A DNA stretch of 48,308 nt from Colwellia polaris (GTDB lineage Archaea > Nanohalarchaeota > Nanosalinia > Nanosalinales > Nanosalinaceae). A program made the translations under genes and the position numbers. Below, one piece after another: positions 19,936-29,214 of this stretch; positions within the stretch are counted from its first letter, which is position 1, and each line of letters begins with the position of its first letter. The stretch lies in assembly GCA_047617785.1 (NCBI GenBank), contig JBLGBK010000005.1:1-48308 (forward strand). Reading direction: 5' to 3'. The notes under the pieces are model-generated. The model did not search any database. It had not been told where the DNA came from and saw nothing but the letters and a program-made list of their open reading frames with translations.

Positions 19936-20823
19936 TTAGTGCAATATATCTTCAACAAAGCTTTCCTTATCGAACCCTTCTAGATCTCCATACTGCTGTC
20001 CTGTACCGATATACGCAACAGGTTTACCTGTTTTCTGAGCTATGGAAAGTAGTGCTCCACCGTTCTCATCCACATCCATCTTAGTAACAATGATAGCATC
20101 GAACATTCCTTCGTATGCCTCTGCTTGCTCATTAACATCGTTGCCGCTAAGTGCGTCAACTACAAGGAATGTCACATCTGGATTGTTGACGTCAACCATT
20201 TTCTCAAGTTCCTGCATCAGGTTGGTATCTGCGTGCGAACGACCTGCCGTATCAACCAGTGCGATTTTCTCTGTTTTCTCTGCGTGTTCTACAGCATCGT
20301 ATGCTACTGCTGCCGGATCTGATTCATATTCGTGGCTGATAACTTTAGTATCGAGTTTTCTGCCGTGTTCTTCTAGTTGTTCGATTGAGGCAGCTCTGAA
20401 AGTATCTCCAGCACCCATGACAACTTCTTCTCCTTGTTCTTGGAACATGTTTGCTATTTTTGCTGTAGTTGTTGTTTTACCAGAGCCGTTAAATCCCACA
20501 AAGAATACTACAGGATTTTCTATACCTTCGATCTCTGATTTGAAGTTGAAGCTATCGTCTAGTATGTCTAGAAGTGCTTCTTCAAGTGCTTCGTTGATTT
20601 TTTCCTCAGCTTTGTTTCTCTGGACTTGTTCGCCTAGTAGTTGTTCTCTAAGGTCTTCTTCTATTTTTTCAGATGCTTCAAGCGAAACGTTGTTTTGAAG
20701 CAGCTTCATACGCATTTTTTCCAGTAGTGGATCTAAAGTATCTTCATCTAGTTCTTTTTCTGCTACTGCACTTTTTACACTGTCAGAAAAGTCTTTTACT
20801 GTATCTTTGAATTTATCTAGCAT
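19936..20823 (-). CDS. ftsY: SRP receptor FtsY
   Basis: GFNGSGKTT, DTFRAAS, DPAAVAYDA, DTAGR, TKMD..GG, GTGQ. Confidence 0.97.
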   Translation of the reverse strand: MLDKFKDTVKDFSDSVKSAVAEKELDEDTLDPLLEKMRMKLLQNNVSLEASEKIEEDLREQLLGEQVQRNKAEEKINEALEEALLDILDDSFNFKSEIEGIENPVVFFVGFNGSGKTTTTAKIANMFQEQGEEVVMGAGDTFRAASIEQLEEHGRKLDTKVISHEYESDPAAVAYDAVEHAEKTEKIALVDTAGRSHADTNLMQELEKMVDVNNPDVTFLVVDALSGNDVNEQAEAYEGMFDAIIVTKMDVDENGGALLSIAQKTGKPVAYIGTGQQYGDLEGFDKESFVEDILH

Positions 20824-20870
20824 CTTTAATCACCGGTTAGAATAAATAGGGAGAAAAAAGTAGAGAGGAT

Positions 20871-21290
20871 TTATTCTTCAGCTTGTTCCTGTCGCTGTTG
20901 CTGAAGATCTTGCTGTAGTTCCTGAAGCTGTCCTTGGATCTCTTCTGTCTGGCCTTCTAGTTCCTCCTTAGTGGAGTTAAGGAGATCTATCTGTTCCTGA
21001 AGGCTTTCGATTGCGCCTTCTCTGTCCTGTTCCTGCATGGTGTCGCCGCCGATGTTGGTTGTGACCTTAGATGAATCTTTGATCTCTGCTTTGACGAATG
21101 CTCCATCGCCGATTGGCGCCATTATTTCGCTTCCATCTTCGACATCTTCCAGTTTCTGGACAGCATCTTGTGCATCTTCTATTCTCTTTATCTGGTTTTC
21201 GACTTGGTCAATGTAGTCATTGACCTGTTCTAGCTGTTGCTGCATTTGCTGATATTGCTGTACTGCTTGCTGGTTCATTTGTTGTTCCAT
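20871..21290 (-). CDS. pfdA: Prefoldin alpha subunit
   Basis: Coil-hairpin-coil, EIMAPIGDGAFV..NIGG; synteny with ftsY. Confidence 0.93.
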   Translation of the reverse strand: MEQQMNQQAVQQYQQMQQQLEQVNDYIDQVENQIKRIEDAQDAVQKLEDVEDGSEIMAPIGDGAFVKAEIKDSSKVTTNIGGDTMQEQDREGAIESLQEQIDLLNSTKEELEGQTEEIQGQLQELQQDLQQQRQEQAEE

Positions 21291-21469
21291 TATTCTATCT
21301 CCTCTAGATTGTCAATAGTAATTTTTCCACGTGTAACGCCGTGCTTACTGCCGATCTCTGCGTAAATTTTGCTTTCTGCGTGTTTGCGAGATTCTGCTTC
21401 TACTGTTTTTTCCAAGCTGGTTTCTTTCTTTCCGTAATCTACTTCGCCTGTTGCTTTGAATTCTGGCAT
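21290..21469 (-). CDS. rpl18a: 50S ribosomal protein LX / L18Ae (eL20); below the ORF-track size cutoff
   Basis: Hand translation MPEFKATGEVDYGKKETSLEKTVEAESRKHAESKIYAEIGSKHGVTRGKITIDNLEEIE (59 aa); GSKH motif; TAATG overlap with pfdA. Confidence 0.92.
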   Translation of the reverse strand: MPEFKATGEVDYGKKETSLEKTVEAESRKHAESKIYAEIGSKHGVTRGKITIDNLEEIE

Positions 21470-21510
21470 AATGAAGAAAGAAGTTGTTCAATCTTAAATG
21501 GGTTTACACT

Positions 21511-23052
21511 TCAGTTGCTCTCATACTTCTTCAGTATCTCATAAGGATCTCCGTTGTTCCGTGCCAGCTCCACAACTTCTTCTGGTTCAGAGTAGTATTC
21601 TGCGATAATTTTACCTACGGGAACAATATCTGTTACCTCGTTGTCAACCATCCACTGGAGCACGTCTTCTTTACCGTCAAGATTCTCCGTAATCTCTCCA
21701 CGAGTTAAACCCGTGTGCAGTTTCAAGGTCTCGAAGATGTTCTGAGAGTCACGTTCCTTCCTGATTTCGTCGTCCTCGCTGTCCCATTTGTAGATAGAGT
21801 TAGCTCCTAGCTGTGTACCCTCATCTCCACGCCGGTAACCAGACTCTGTAACTTCAGCTACCTCGAGTACACGTCGGAAGTTTCTACGCCGGTCTCGATA
21901 ACATACAACGTTGACGTCGACGGATTTAACCATCTCTTCAGGTACATCAATTGGAGGATTGTTCAAACGCTGTACCGTCTGCTCCGCTGTATCTGCGTGT
22001 AGTGTAGCATAAACTGAGTGTCCTGTGTGCATAGCTTCAAACAGAACTTCTGCCTGGCGTTTCCTACGGATTTCTCCGACCAGTATACGGTCTGGACGCA
22101 TACGTAGTGCGTTGACCAGTAGGTCAAGCATTGATACCTCTCCCTGGCCTTCTGGGTTTGCTTCACGCGTGGTTGTCGGCACCCAATGAAGGAACTCTGG
22201 TAGCTGGATTTCTCTCGTGTCCTCGATACTGATAATCCTCTGGTTTGGAGGCATGAAGGGCATCAGTACGTTTAGAAGTGATGTTTTCCCTGATCCTGTC
22301 CCTCCTGATACTAGTATACTTAGTTCATACTGCATGCAGAGCCATAGAAATGCTGCTACCTCTTTGTTAATTGTTCCGTTCTTGATGAAGTCTGTTACAG
22401 TCCATGGATCTCGTGCGAACTTTCGTATTGTTATAGTGTTTCCTTGTGTGGAGATAGGCTGTAGTGTTGCGTTCGTTCGATCTCCTGTCGGTAGCTGTGC
22501 ATCGAGAAGTGGGTCGAGGCTAGATATGTTCTTTCCTACTCTTCTTGCGATATCTGAGGAGTAGTTCTTGATCTCTTGTTCGTCCGTGAAGGTGATGTTG
22601 GTTTTTAGCCATCCATGGTCTTGGTGGTACACCCATGCCGGTTCTTCGCTGCTGTTGACTACTAGTTCCTCTAGACGCGGGTCGTTGAGCAGGAGCTCTA
22701 TTTCGCCGAGCCCAACCATGTCGTGTAGAATTGTTCCTACTATATGCTCTTTTTCATCGCCGCTGAGTTCAGGGAACTGATCCTCTACTCTTTCTTCTAC
22801 TTCGCTACGATATTTCTGTTTTACTTGTTCAAGTTCATCAGCGTCAGTGAACTCTTCCCTTGAGAGCTGTACTGAGTCAATAACCTTTTCACGGAGCTCA
22901 TCCAGATACTGTTCTGTTCCTTCGCTTATTTCCGCTCTTATTAACCGGTACTGTAGTACGTATTCGTCTTCTTTATCTCCTACATATACATGTGCCTGTA
23001 TGCCATCGGATTCGATTTCATAGTCGTCTTCAACAGTATTTAAGTCATGCAC
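21511..23052 (-). CDS. Type II/IV secretion (pilus assembly) ATPase, FlaI/PilB/TadA family
   Basis: TIRKF, Walker A GGTGSGKT, Asp box SIEDTRE, ALRMRPDRILVGEIR, TGH..TLHA. Confidence 0.95.
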   Translation of the reverse strand: MHDLNTVEDDYEIESDGIQAHVYVGDKEDEYVLQYRLIRAEISEGTEQYLDELREKVIDSVQLSREEFTDADELEQVKQKYRSEVEERVEDQFPELSGDEKEHIVGTILHDMVGLGEIELLLNDPRLEELVVNSSEEPAWVYHQDHGWLKTNITFTDEQEIKNYSSDIARRVGKNISSLDPLLDAQLPTGDRTNATLQPISTQGNTITIRKFARDPWTVTDFIKNGTINKEVAAFLWLCMQYELSILVSGGTGSGKTSLLNVLMPFMPPNQRIISIEDTREIQLPEFLHWVPTTTREANPEGQGEVSMLDLLVNALRMRPDRILVGEIRRKRQAEVLFEAMHTGHSVYATLHADTAEQTVQRLNNPPIDVPEEMVKSVDVNVVCYRDRRRNFRRVLEVAEVTESGYRRGDEGTQLGANSIYKWDSEDDEIRKERDSQNIFETLKLHTGLTRGEITENLDGKEDVLQWMVDNEVTDIVPVGKIIAEYYSEPEEVVELARNNGDPYEILKKYESN

Positions 23053-24101
23053 TAATTATCAATCCTCTTTTCTAGCCAACTTTTCAGTGTTTTCCGGTCT
23101 TTCGCCTTCTCCTCAAGCTCCAGAAGCTTTTCGTAATCAGGGTTTTCAATCATTTGAATCATTTCCTTCGCTTGATCCACGTTCGAGTTGTTAAGCATGT
23201 GGATAAAGCCGTCTGAGTTTTCTATGTGATCGACTGTGATCGGATGTTTTCCTACATCGCCAGAGTCCTCTTGATTTGGTTCATCGACTTCTTCTATCTC
23301 AGTATCATCATTGATTTCCGGAGTCTTCTCAACTTCCGAACTTGTTTCGTCTTCTGAATCTTGTTCAGACGTTTCTTCGCTTTCCTCAGAGCCTTCCTTT
23401 TTCGCGGTCGAACTGGAGCTGCCGAAGGGCAGATGCGATTTAATTTTGCCTATTATACCTGAAGGTTGATCTTCAACGTTTTTCTCGTAGTTCTCCAAAT
23501 GTTCCTGAAGTTTGCCGAGCGCTTTGATCTTGGAACGGACTTCATCTCTGCTATGATTGAAATCTGTTGTCTCAATCTCCTCTATGTTTTGAAGAGTCTT
23601 CTCTACATCGGCTAGAACCTTTACGTCCTCTTCTTCTAGGTCGTCAAGGTCTTCTACTTGTTCCTGAAGTTTTTCCTCCATTTCTTCTACTTCATCAATT
23701 TTCTGCTTGATTTCGTCTTCGTCATCTTGCTGTTCTTCAAGATCGACTGCTATAGTCCGTAGCTCGGATTTTGCATTTCTCAAATTGTCAAGCCTTTCCT
23801 GCATTTCGTCTGATAATTTATCAGAGTGTTCTTCTAGATCTTCTTCCAGTTCTTCTTTTCTTTCCTCTGTTTCCTGTTTGTTCTCTTCATTGTATTCTAG
23901 AACGATACCGTTCCGATAAGTATAGTTTTTCTGAAGCAGGTTTTCCTGCTCTAGAGAGTCAGCCCAGTTCTTGAGTCTTTGCTGTGAAATACCAGTATCG
24001 CTGGATACAGTTGCCAGTGACGCTTTTCCGTGTTGGGAAAGATACGTCATCAAGGTGTCGATACCTGTTTCAATTACTATATTCTCCCATTCTTCCGTCA
24101 T
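23052..24101 (-). CDS. Acidic coiled-coil protein with putative N-terminal winged-helix domain
   Basis: IETGIDTL..ASLATVSSDTGISQQRLKNWADSLE, long heptad region; TAGTG overlap with the ATPase gene. Confidence 0.7.
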   Translation of the reverse strand: MTEEWENIVIETGIDTLMTYLSQHGKASLATVSSDTGISQQRLKNWADSLEQENLLQKNYTYRNGIVLEYNEENKQETEERKEELEEDLEEHSDKLSDEMQERLDNLRNAKSELRTIAVDLEEQQDDEDEIKQKIDEVEEMEEKLQEQVEDLDDLEEEDVKVLADVEKTLQNIEEIETTDFNHSRDEVRSKIKALGKLQEHLENYEKNVEDQPSGIIGKIKSHLPFGSSSSTAKKEGSEESEETSEQDSEDETSSEVEKTPEINDDTEIEEVDEPNQEDSGDVGKHPITVDHIENSDGFIHMLNNSNVDQAKEMIQMIENPDYEKLLELEEKAKDRKTLKSWLEKRIDN

Positions 24102-24146
24102 AAGAAACAGTATAAGTTATAACTTCAACTGGTTTTAAAGACTGTT

Positions 24147-24980
24147 ATGCTGGTACTTCTCTCCCATGCAGCTGGTTTTGCAAGCCTGTTAATGGCTTCA
24201 GCGTACGACTTGAAATCGGGAGAAGTACCGGACTATGTAAGCTTAATAGGTATAGCTGCTGGAATCCTATTACATGCAGCAGCATCCTTCCAGACTGGAA
24301 GCATTCAGCCTCTTCTATGGAGTCTTGGAGCAGGAATAGGTTTCTCTATCTTGGGCTGGGGTGCTTACTTCGCCGGTGGATGGGGCGGGGCAGATGCACT
24401 GGCGCTCGGTGTGCTCGGATTTACAGCTCCTTACAGCCTCTCGGGAATTGGGATCGGATACAGTATAGATCTTATAATGAATCTGTTACTGGCTGGTTTA
24501 GGATTGACGCTTTTATGGAGTATAGTTTTAGCTTTGAAGCAGCCTCGAAACGTATTTCAAACCAGTATTAAAAACCTGAAGGAGGATAAACTGAGGTTAA
24601 CAGGCGAGATTTCGTTAAGCCTAGCTTTTTCATATCTTGCAGGGCGCGCAGGTCTAAACGGATATACTTACGGCCTGTTCTTTGTCTCAATGATTATTCT
24701 GCTGCGATTTATGCGAGCTATTGAGTCCGAGATATTCAGACAGGAAAAGGATTTGAAAGATGTAGAAGCCGGCGAGATCGTTGAAACAGAAGATATGGAT
24801 GGCCTTATCCGTGGAATCGAGGAGGAGGAGCTAGAAGAATTGCGTAACAAAGATATTGAAACTGTTCATGTTAAGTCAGGTATTCGTTTTGTACCTGTAT
24901 TCCCTATCGCGCTTTTTTTAACTGATTTCACTACTCTGGGGATCAGTGCTTTGATTAATTTCTTTGCTTTCGGAGTCTAG
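24147..24980 (+). CDS. Prepilin/prearchaellin peptidase (A24, FlaK/PibD-like)
   Basis: SAYDLKSGEVPD, WGGAD (GxGD type), C-terminal IRFVPVF. Confidence 0.9.
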   Translation: MLVLLSHAAGFASLLMASAYDLKSGEVPDYVSLIGIAAGILLHAAASFQTGSIQPLLWSLGAGIGFSILGWGAYFAGGWGGADALALGVLGFTAPYSLSGIGIGYSIDLIMNLLLAGLGLTLLWSIVLALKQPRNVFQTSIKNLKEDKLRLTGEISLSLAFSYLAGRAGLNGYTYGLFFVSMIILLRFMRAIESEIFRQEKDLKDVEAGEIVETEDMDGLIRGIEEEELEELRNKDIETVHVKSGIRFVPVFPIALFLTDFTTLGISALINFFAFGV

Positions 24981-25487
24981 AATTTTTGCGTACCAGTAAA
25001 GCCAGATTAGGAAGACTATGACTGTAAGACCCCATCTCCAGAGAAAGGTATGTATTAGATCAAAGCTGATCAGACCTATTTCGGACAGATAGATTGTAGA
25101 AGCTACACGTATTATATTCGCTACAAATATAGCTACTATGCCTAGTAACAGGTATCTTGCTTGCTGAATATATTTTCGTGTTGAGGCCAGAAATAAACCT
25201 GTGAATATGGCCATAGACTTCCATCCAAGACAGTCTTGTACAATCATGTATGAGCTATTCAATGTGTGGATGTAGATTCCGTTTACATCGATCGGTATAA
25301 ATGGTGAGAGTATTAAACCCATTAAAGAAGCAAACCATTCCTGGATGCCGGTTGTATCCGGGTATATTACAAGCACCATCTGGAAAACCAGACCTACTGC
25401 TAGTAGCTTAAACAGAAATAGCATTGTGTGGTATAGCTTGTGTTGCCTCTCTGTCTCAAGGTATTCTTCTACATATTTAGTTGCCAT
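24918..25487 (-). CDS. Archaeosortase/exosortase family protein
   Basis: Cys-Arg-His triad pattern: IVQDCLGWKSM, ANIIRV, FDLIH; start moved to ATG 25487, which follows GGGTGA. Confidence 0.85.
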   Translation of the reverse strand: MATKYVEEYLETERQHKLYHTMLFLFKLLAVGLVFQMVLVIYPDTTGIQEWFASLMGLILSPFIPIDVNGIYIHTLNSSYMIVQDCLGWKSMAIFTGLFLASTRKYIQQARYLLLGIVAIFVANIIRVASTIYLSEIGLISFDLIHTFLWRWGLTVIVFLIWLYWYAKILDSESKEINQSTDPQSSEIS

Positions 25488-26451
25488 CTTCGCTATCACC
25501 CTCTCCCGTAAATTCTTCTATAACCTGTTTCATATCAGGCTCTGGTTTTTCGGTTAAAAGGAAATATTTGGATAGCTGTACTCCTTCAAGTTCGTCTACA
25601 TTGTATCTATCGCCTTTGTAGATAACTTCAACTTCATCTTTCGGAAGGATATCGATAAATTCGTTGTGGAATATCCTGGTTAACGCTTTGCGGTACTGTC
25701 TCTCTCGTAAGTGCGAACTTTCGAGTTCTTTTTCCAGTTGCCGTATTTTATCCTTCTTTTCTGATATAACTGCATCTCTTTTCGATATCTCCTGATCCTT
25801 AACTGCTTCAAAACGATTATTTTCTCTCTGCTGATCTAGTTTATTCTCCAGATCTATCTTTTCATCTTCCAAGTTTTCAAGTTGTTCCTCAAGATCCTTG
25901 TTCTGTTCCTCAAGGTTCTCTATCCGAGACTTCATCCTTTCTTTCTCAGGATCCTTACGTCGCTCTCCTCCAGTATCTAACCGCGGAGTTTCCTTTTCTT
26001 CATTCTCTTCCGTATCTTCGCTTTTGAGAGGTTTATCTAAGAAGTAGTTCTGTGCGGCTTTATCTCGAGAAACATTCTGCTCCTCTGCAATTTTCCCAAC
26101 CTTGCGGAGTTCACGTTGAAGATGGTTGTATGCATTTAATGCAGCTGCTGAAGCGTCTTTTTCATGCGCGTTATCACCTTTACCTAGCTGCTTTTTTGTT
26201 TCTGAATCAAGATCTTCGTCAGGTTCAAAGGTTTCAGATCCTAGAGATGAGGCAATCTTCTCTACTGTTGAAGGTGTCTTTTCTTTGTCGGAGGCAACTA
26301 TTACAGGTTTGCCTTCATCGATTATCTCTCTGATTAACTTAGATTGTGATCCATGTCTCCAACTGTTGAGAAAGGTTATATTGCCGTCAAGATCGACTGT
26401 GGCTACGGCTGATGTTGTTCCGGGATCGATTCCGACGATTAGGGATTGCAG
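25477..26451 (-). CDS. DUF460 domain protein with C-terminal coiled coil; probable CTG start
   Basis: Frame is open from 26460 to 25477; encodes LIVGIDPGTTSAVATVDLDG, GKPVIVASD, NAHEKDASAAALNAY. No in-frame ATG/GTG/TTG before 25935, so the ORF track shows only the C-terminal half. Confidence 0.85.
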   Translation of the reverse strand: MQSLIVGIDPGTTSAVATVDLDGNITFLNSWRHGSQSKLIREIIDEGKPVIVASDKEKTPSTVEKIASSLGSETFEPDEDLDSETKKQLGKGDNAHEKDASAAALNAYNHLQRELRKVGKIAEEQNVSRDKAAQNYFLDKPLKSEDTEENEEKETPRLDTGGERRKDPEKERMKSRIENLEEQNKDLEEQLENLEDEKIDLENKLDQQRENNRFEAVKDQEISKRDAVISEKKDKIRQLEKELESSHLRERQYRKALTRIFHNEFIDILPKDEVEVIYKGDRYNVDELEGVQLSKYFLLTEKPEPDMKQVIEEFTGEGDSEDGN

Positions 26452-26460
26452 TGCTGTGAG

Positions 26461-28626
26461 TCACCTGTATTTGGATGTTATCATAGAACGTATCTTCTCG
26501 GCTTTTTTCTCGCCTATACCTTCTACATTTCTAAGTTCTTCTTCTGAAGCCGTAAATACTTTCTCCAAAGTATCGAACTCTTCAAGCAGGCGCTCAGCAA
26601 TCTTGGTATTGACTCCTGGCAGACCGGCTGCGATAAACTCCTGCATTTCGGACTGTGTCTTACCTTCGCTTGTTCCCCTAACTGCTACGTCTTTGTCACG
26701 TTCTTCCTGTTCTCTTTTTGCCATGGAAAGCAGAAGTTCGACAGTTTCTTCTTCGTCATTACTCCAGAGAATTGGCATATCGTAATCCAGTATTATGGAG
26801 GTTAGTGCGCCTTGAATCGCTTTAGGTGATATATCTCTATGCGTGTAAAGGTTCTCTCCTTCCAAAAGTAGTACAGGGTTCGGGAACTGCGTTATATCTC
26901 GTATCTGATCAAACAAACGGTTATCGACAATAGAATCGACAAAGTCGTCAGTTCTCTTCCTTTCAACAACTGTATCATCAGACACCATAAAGTCGGCTAC
27001 ATCCAAACGGGTTTTATCCACACCTATTTCTCTGCGCGATATCTCTTTTGCAACAGAGTTCTCACGGTCGTCTACTACTATTGTGACTTCGTCCTCATCT
27101 TCTTCCTCATCTGCTTCTTCACTATCGTAGTTCTGTTCTAGTGTCTGCTGTTTCGAGGATTCGAGGTCTTCTTGTTTCAGTTCTTGGAGCACCTTGTTCA
27201 TTTTCTTCTTTTTGTGGTATGCGCTCCAGTAATTTCCTTCGTCTCTGGTGTTCTCTGCTATAAGAACTATTACTGTTCCTTCTTCCTGTCTCCCCGTTCG
27301 TCCCGCTCTCTGGATATCCCGTATTCCGGACGCTACAGGTTCGTAGAATATTACATAGTCAACTGCAGGTATATCCAGACCTTCCTCTCCGATACTTGTA
27401 GATACTAGGACATCGTATTTTCCGTTCTCAAATTCGTCTAGTGTTTCTATCTGTTCGCTCTGACTCATTCCTTCTTCTCCTTGCTGTCCGATGAAGTTGG
27501 TAGCGGAGAGTCCAGTAGTTTCAATTTCCTCAACTATTTTACTGGCCGATGCACGGTATTCTGTGAAAACAATAGCGTTCTCGTCCTCTACATCTCCGAG
27601 GATATCAACTAGCTCCTCCATTTTCGGGTGCTCAACGCCTTTCTTCTTAAGGTGGGTGATTAATCGTTTGGCTCTTTGTACGTCTTCGTCTTCTAGTGCA
27701 CGTGCTGCGGCTTTGGATTCATCTGTCTCCAGTCCTTGGATGTAGTCGTATGCCTGTGTTACGCCCTGCGTTTCCAGCAGCTCTATTGCCTGAGATATCT
27801 TAAGGCCTGTAGCGACTTTGGATATAGCGGAGTAAAGTTTTGAGTCGTCGCTAGTGGAGAGTTTGCTGCTGATTTCTCCGCGCAACTTCAGTAATTCTCC
27901 CTTGTGTACGTCTGATGTTGAGTCGAGCATACCCATGGACTTCAGATCTTTTAGTTGACTGCGGTATCCTTTCTGCAAGTGTTCACGTGCTTTCTCAAAG
28001 GTGTCGTCGAGCGAGACATGCCTCCAGTCAACTTCCTTATCCTCTATGAACGGTTCTACATCTGGATCGTCTTCTGTTCTGACCTCGAAGTTTTCGATAT
28101 TCAGGTTGTCCGCAACCTCCATGATCTTCTCCTTACTCCCTCCCGGAGAAGCAGTAAGAGCTAGTTTCTGCGCATTCATTTTCTCATTGATGAAGACATA
28201 GCTGTACTCGCCTGTGGCTCTGTGTGCTTCATCGAATATTACGAGCGAGAAATCTTCTGTGGGAACTTCTCCAGATATAAGATCGTTTTCTACCACTTGA
28301 GGTGTTCCAAAGAATATTTTGCCTTCCTGCCATTTTTCGTATCTTTTAGCTGGTCGTGTGCTTCCGGTCATGATATGCATGACGCTGCTGTCGACGTGAA
28401 GGAATTCATTAAATGTTTTAAGGTGCTGCTGAACTAATGGCTTGGTTGGTGCCATGAAGAGCACTTTTCCTTCCTCTAGTTTCTTGGCTGCCACCATAGC
28501 GGCGATAACTGTTTTCCCCAGCCCTGTAGGTAATACTACCAATGTGTTTTTGTCCATTGCGGAAGCAGCGATCACTCCCTGATATGTTCTCTGTTCTATG
28601 TTTTCTGTCTTCAGAAGATCTGACAT
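26461..28626 (-). CDS. hef: Hef helicase/nuclease (FANCM-like SF2 helicase + ERCC4 + HhH)
   Basis: LPTGLGKT, DEAH, LTASPG, QRAGRTGR, VDDRE, VERK, LPGV/VEGIG. Confidence 0.96.
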   Translation of the reverse strand: MSDLLKTENIEQRTYQGVIAASAMDKNTLVVLPTGLGKTVIAAMVAAKKLEEGKVLFMAPTKPLVQQHLKTFNEFLHVDSSVMHIMTGSTRPAKRYEKWQEGKIFFGTPQVVENDLISGEVPTEDFSLVIFDEAHRATGEYSYVFINEKMNAQKLALTASPGGSKEKIMEVADNLNIENFEVRTEDDPDVEPFIEDKEVDWRHVSLDDTFEKAREHLQKGYRSQLKDLKSMGMLDSTSDVHKGELLKLRGEISSKLSTSDDSKLYSAISKVATGLKISQAIELLETQGVTQAYDYIQGLETDESKAAARALEDEDVQRAKRLITHLKKKGVEHPKMEELVDILGDVEDENAIVFTEYRASASKIVEEIETTGLSATNFIGQQGEEGMSQSEQIETLDEFENGKYDVLVSTSIGEEGLDIPAVDYVIFYEPVASGIRDIQRAGRTGRQEEGTVIVLIAENTRDEGNYWSAYHKKKKMNKVLQELKQEDLESSKQQTLEQNYDSEEADEEEDEDEVTIVVDDRENSVAKEISRREIGVDKTRLDVADFMVSDDTVVERKRTDDFVDSIVDNRLFDQIRDITQFPNPVLLLEGENLYTHRDISPKAIQGALTSIILDYDMPILWSNDEEETVELLLSMAKREQEERDKDVAVRGTSEGKTQSEMQEFIAAGLPGVNTKIAERLLEEFDTLEKVFTASEEELRNVEGIGEKKAEKIRSMITSKYR

Positions 28627-28683
28627 TTACAGTATGAGATTAGAGGTTAACTGATAAAACCGTTTTTACACATTTCTCCACAT

Positions 28684-29214
28684 TCAGATGCTGAAGTCGT
28701 CACGTGGCTGCTCGATTAACTTGAGGAACAGAAATGCTACCTGTATTAGTGCTATAAATACTCCGGCTCCTAGAAGTGTTGCGTTGTTAATTTCGATGCT
28801 TGTCTTGATCATAACCACTATTGTATAGGCTATAGTGTATACTAATCCGGATGAGGATATAAGGAACGCTATTTGTTCCGGCCACACGTGGAAAAAGTCC
28901 ATAAATCCGACAAATAGGCCTAGAAATATCAGGAAGAATGTTGCATGGGCCTCCAATCCTTCAAGCGATTCTGTTACTAGAAGAGACACCCCTGTTGCGA
29001 ACCATACTACTGCGTTCCCAACTGCAGTGTTCCATCCTAGATCTTCTCTTTTGTACTTTCCTAAATACAGTTCTACAATCAGTCCTGCAAGTATAAGCGG
29101 TAGAACAGTTGGAACTATTTCCGAATGGTTTACAGGCGCTGTAAAAATAGAAATAGCTGTATTTAAGACCTCCTCCTCCAGAACTTGCTCTGTAAGACTA
29201 GTCTTCGAATGCAT
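28684..29214 (-). CDS. Hypothetical multi-pass membrane protein
   Basis: About 5 TM, EDLGWNTAVGN motif; probable start ATG 29214 after GGAGG, overlapping the end of the HerA-like gene. Confidence 0.72.
   Translation of the reverse strand: MHSKTSLTEQVLEEEVLNTAISIFTAPVNHSEIVPTVLPLILAGLIVELYLGKYKREDLGWNTAVGNAVVWFATGVSLLVTESLEGLEAHATFFLIFLGLFVGFMDFFHVWPEQIAFLISSSGLVYTIAYTIVVMIKTSIEINNATLLGAGVFIALIQVAFLFLKLIEQPRDDFSI

Noticed and set aside
20042-20698. Long Ser-rich antisense ORFs (also 26126-26785, 1548-1967, 45555-46010 and others)
   Set aside because: Shadow frames produced by the GAA/GAT-rich codons of acidic proteins on the opposite strand
26461-26463. TGA as selenocysteine linking Hef and DUF460
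   Set aside because: Not at a redox or catalytic position, no SECIS-like element recognised; Hef ends normally after its HhH domain
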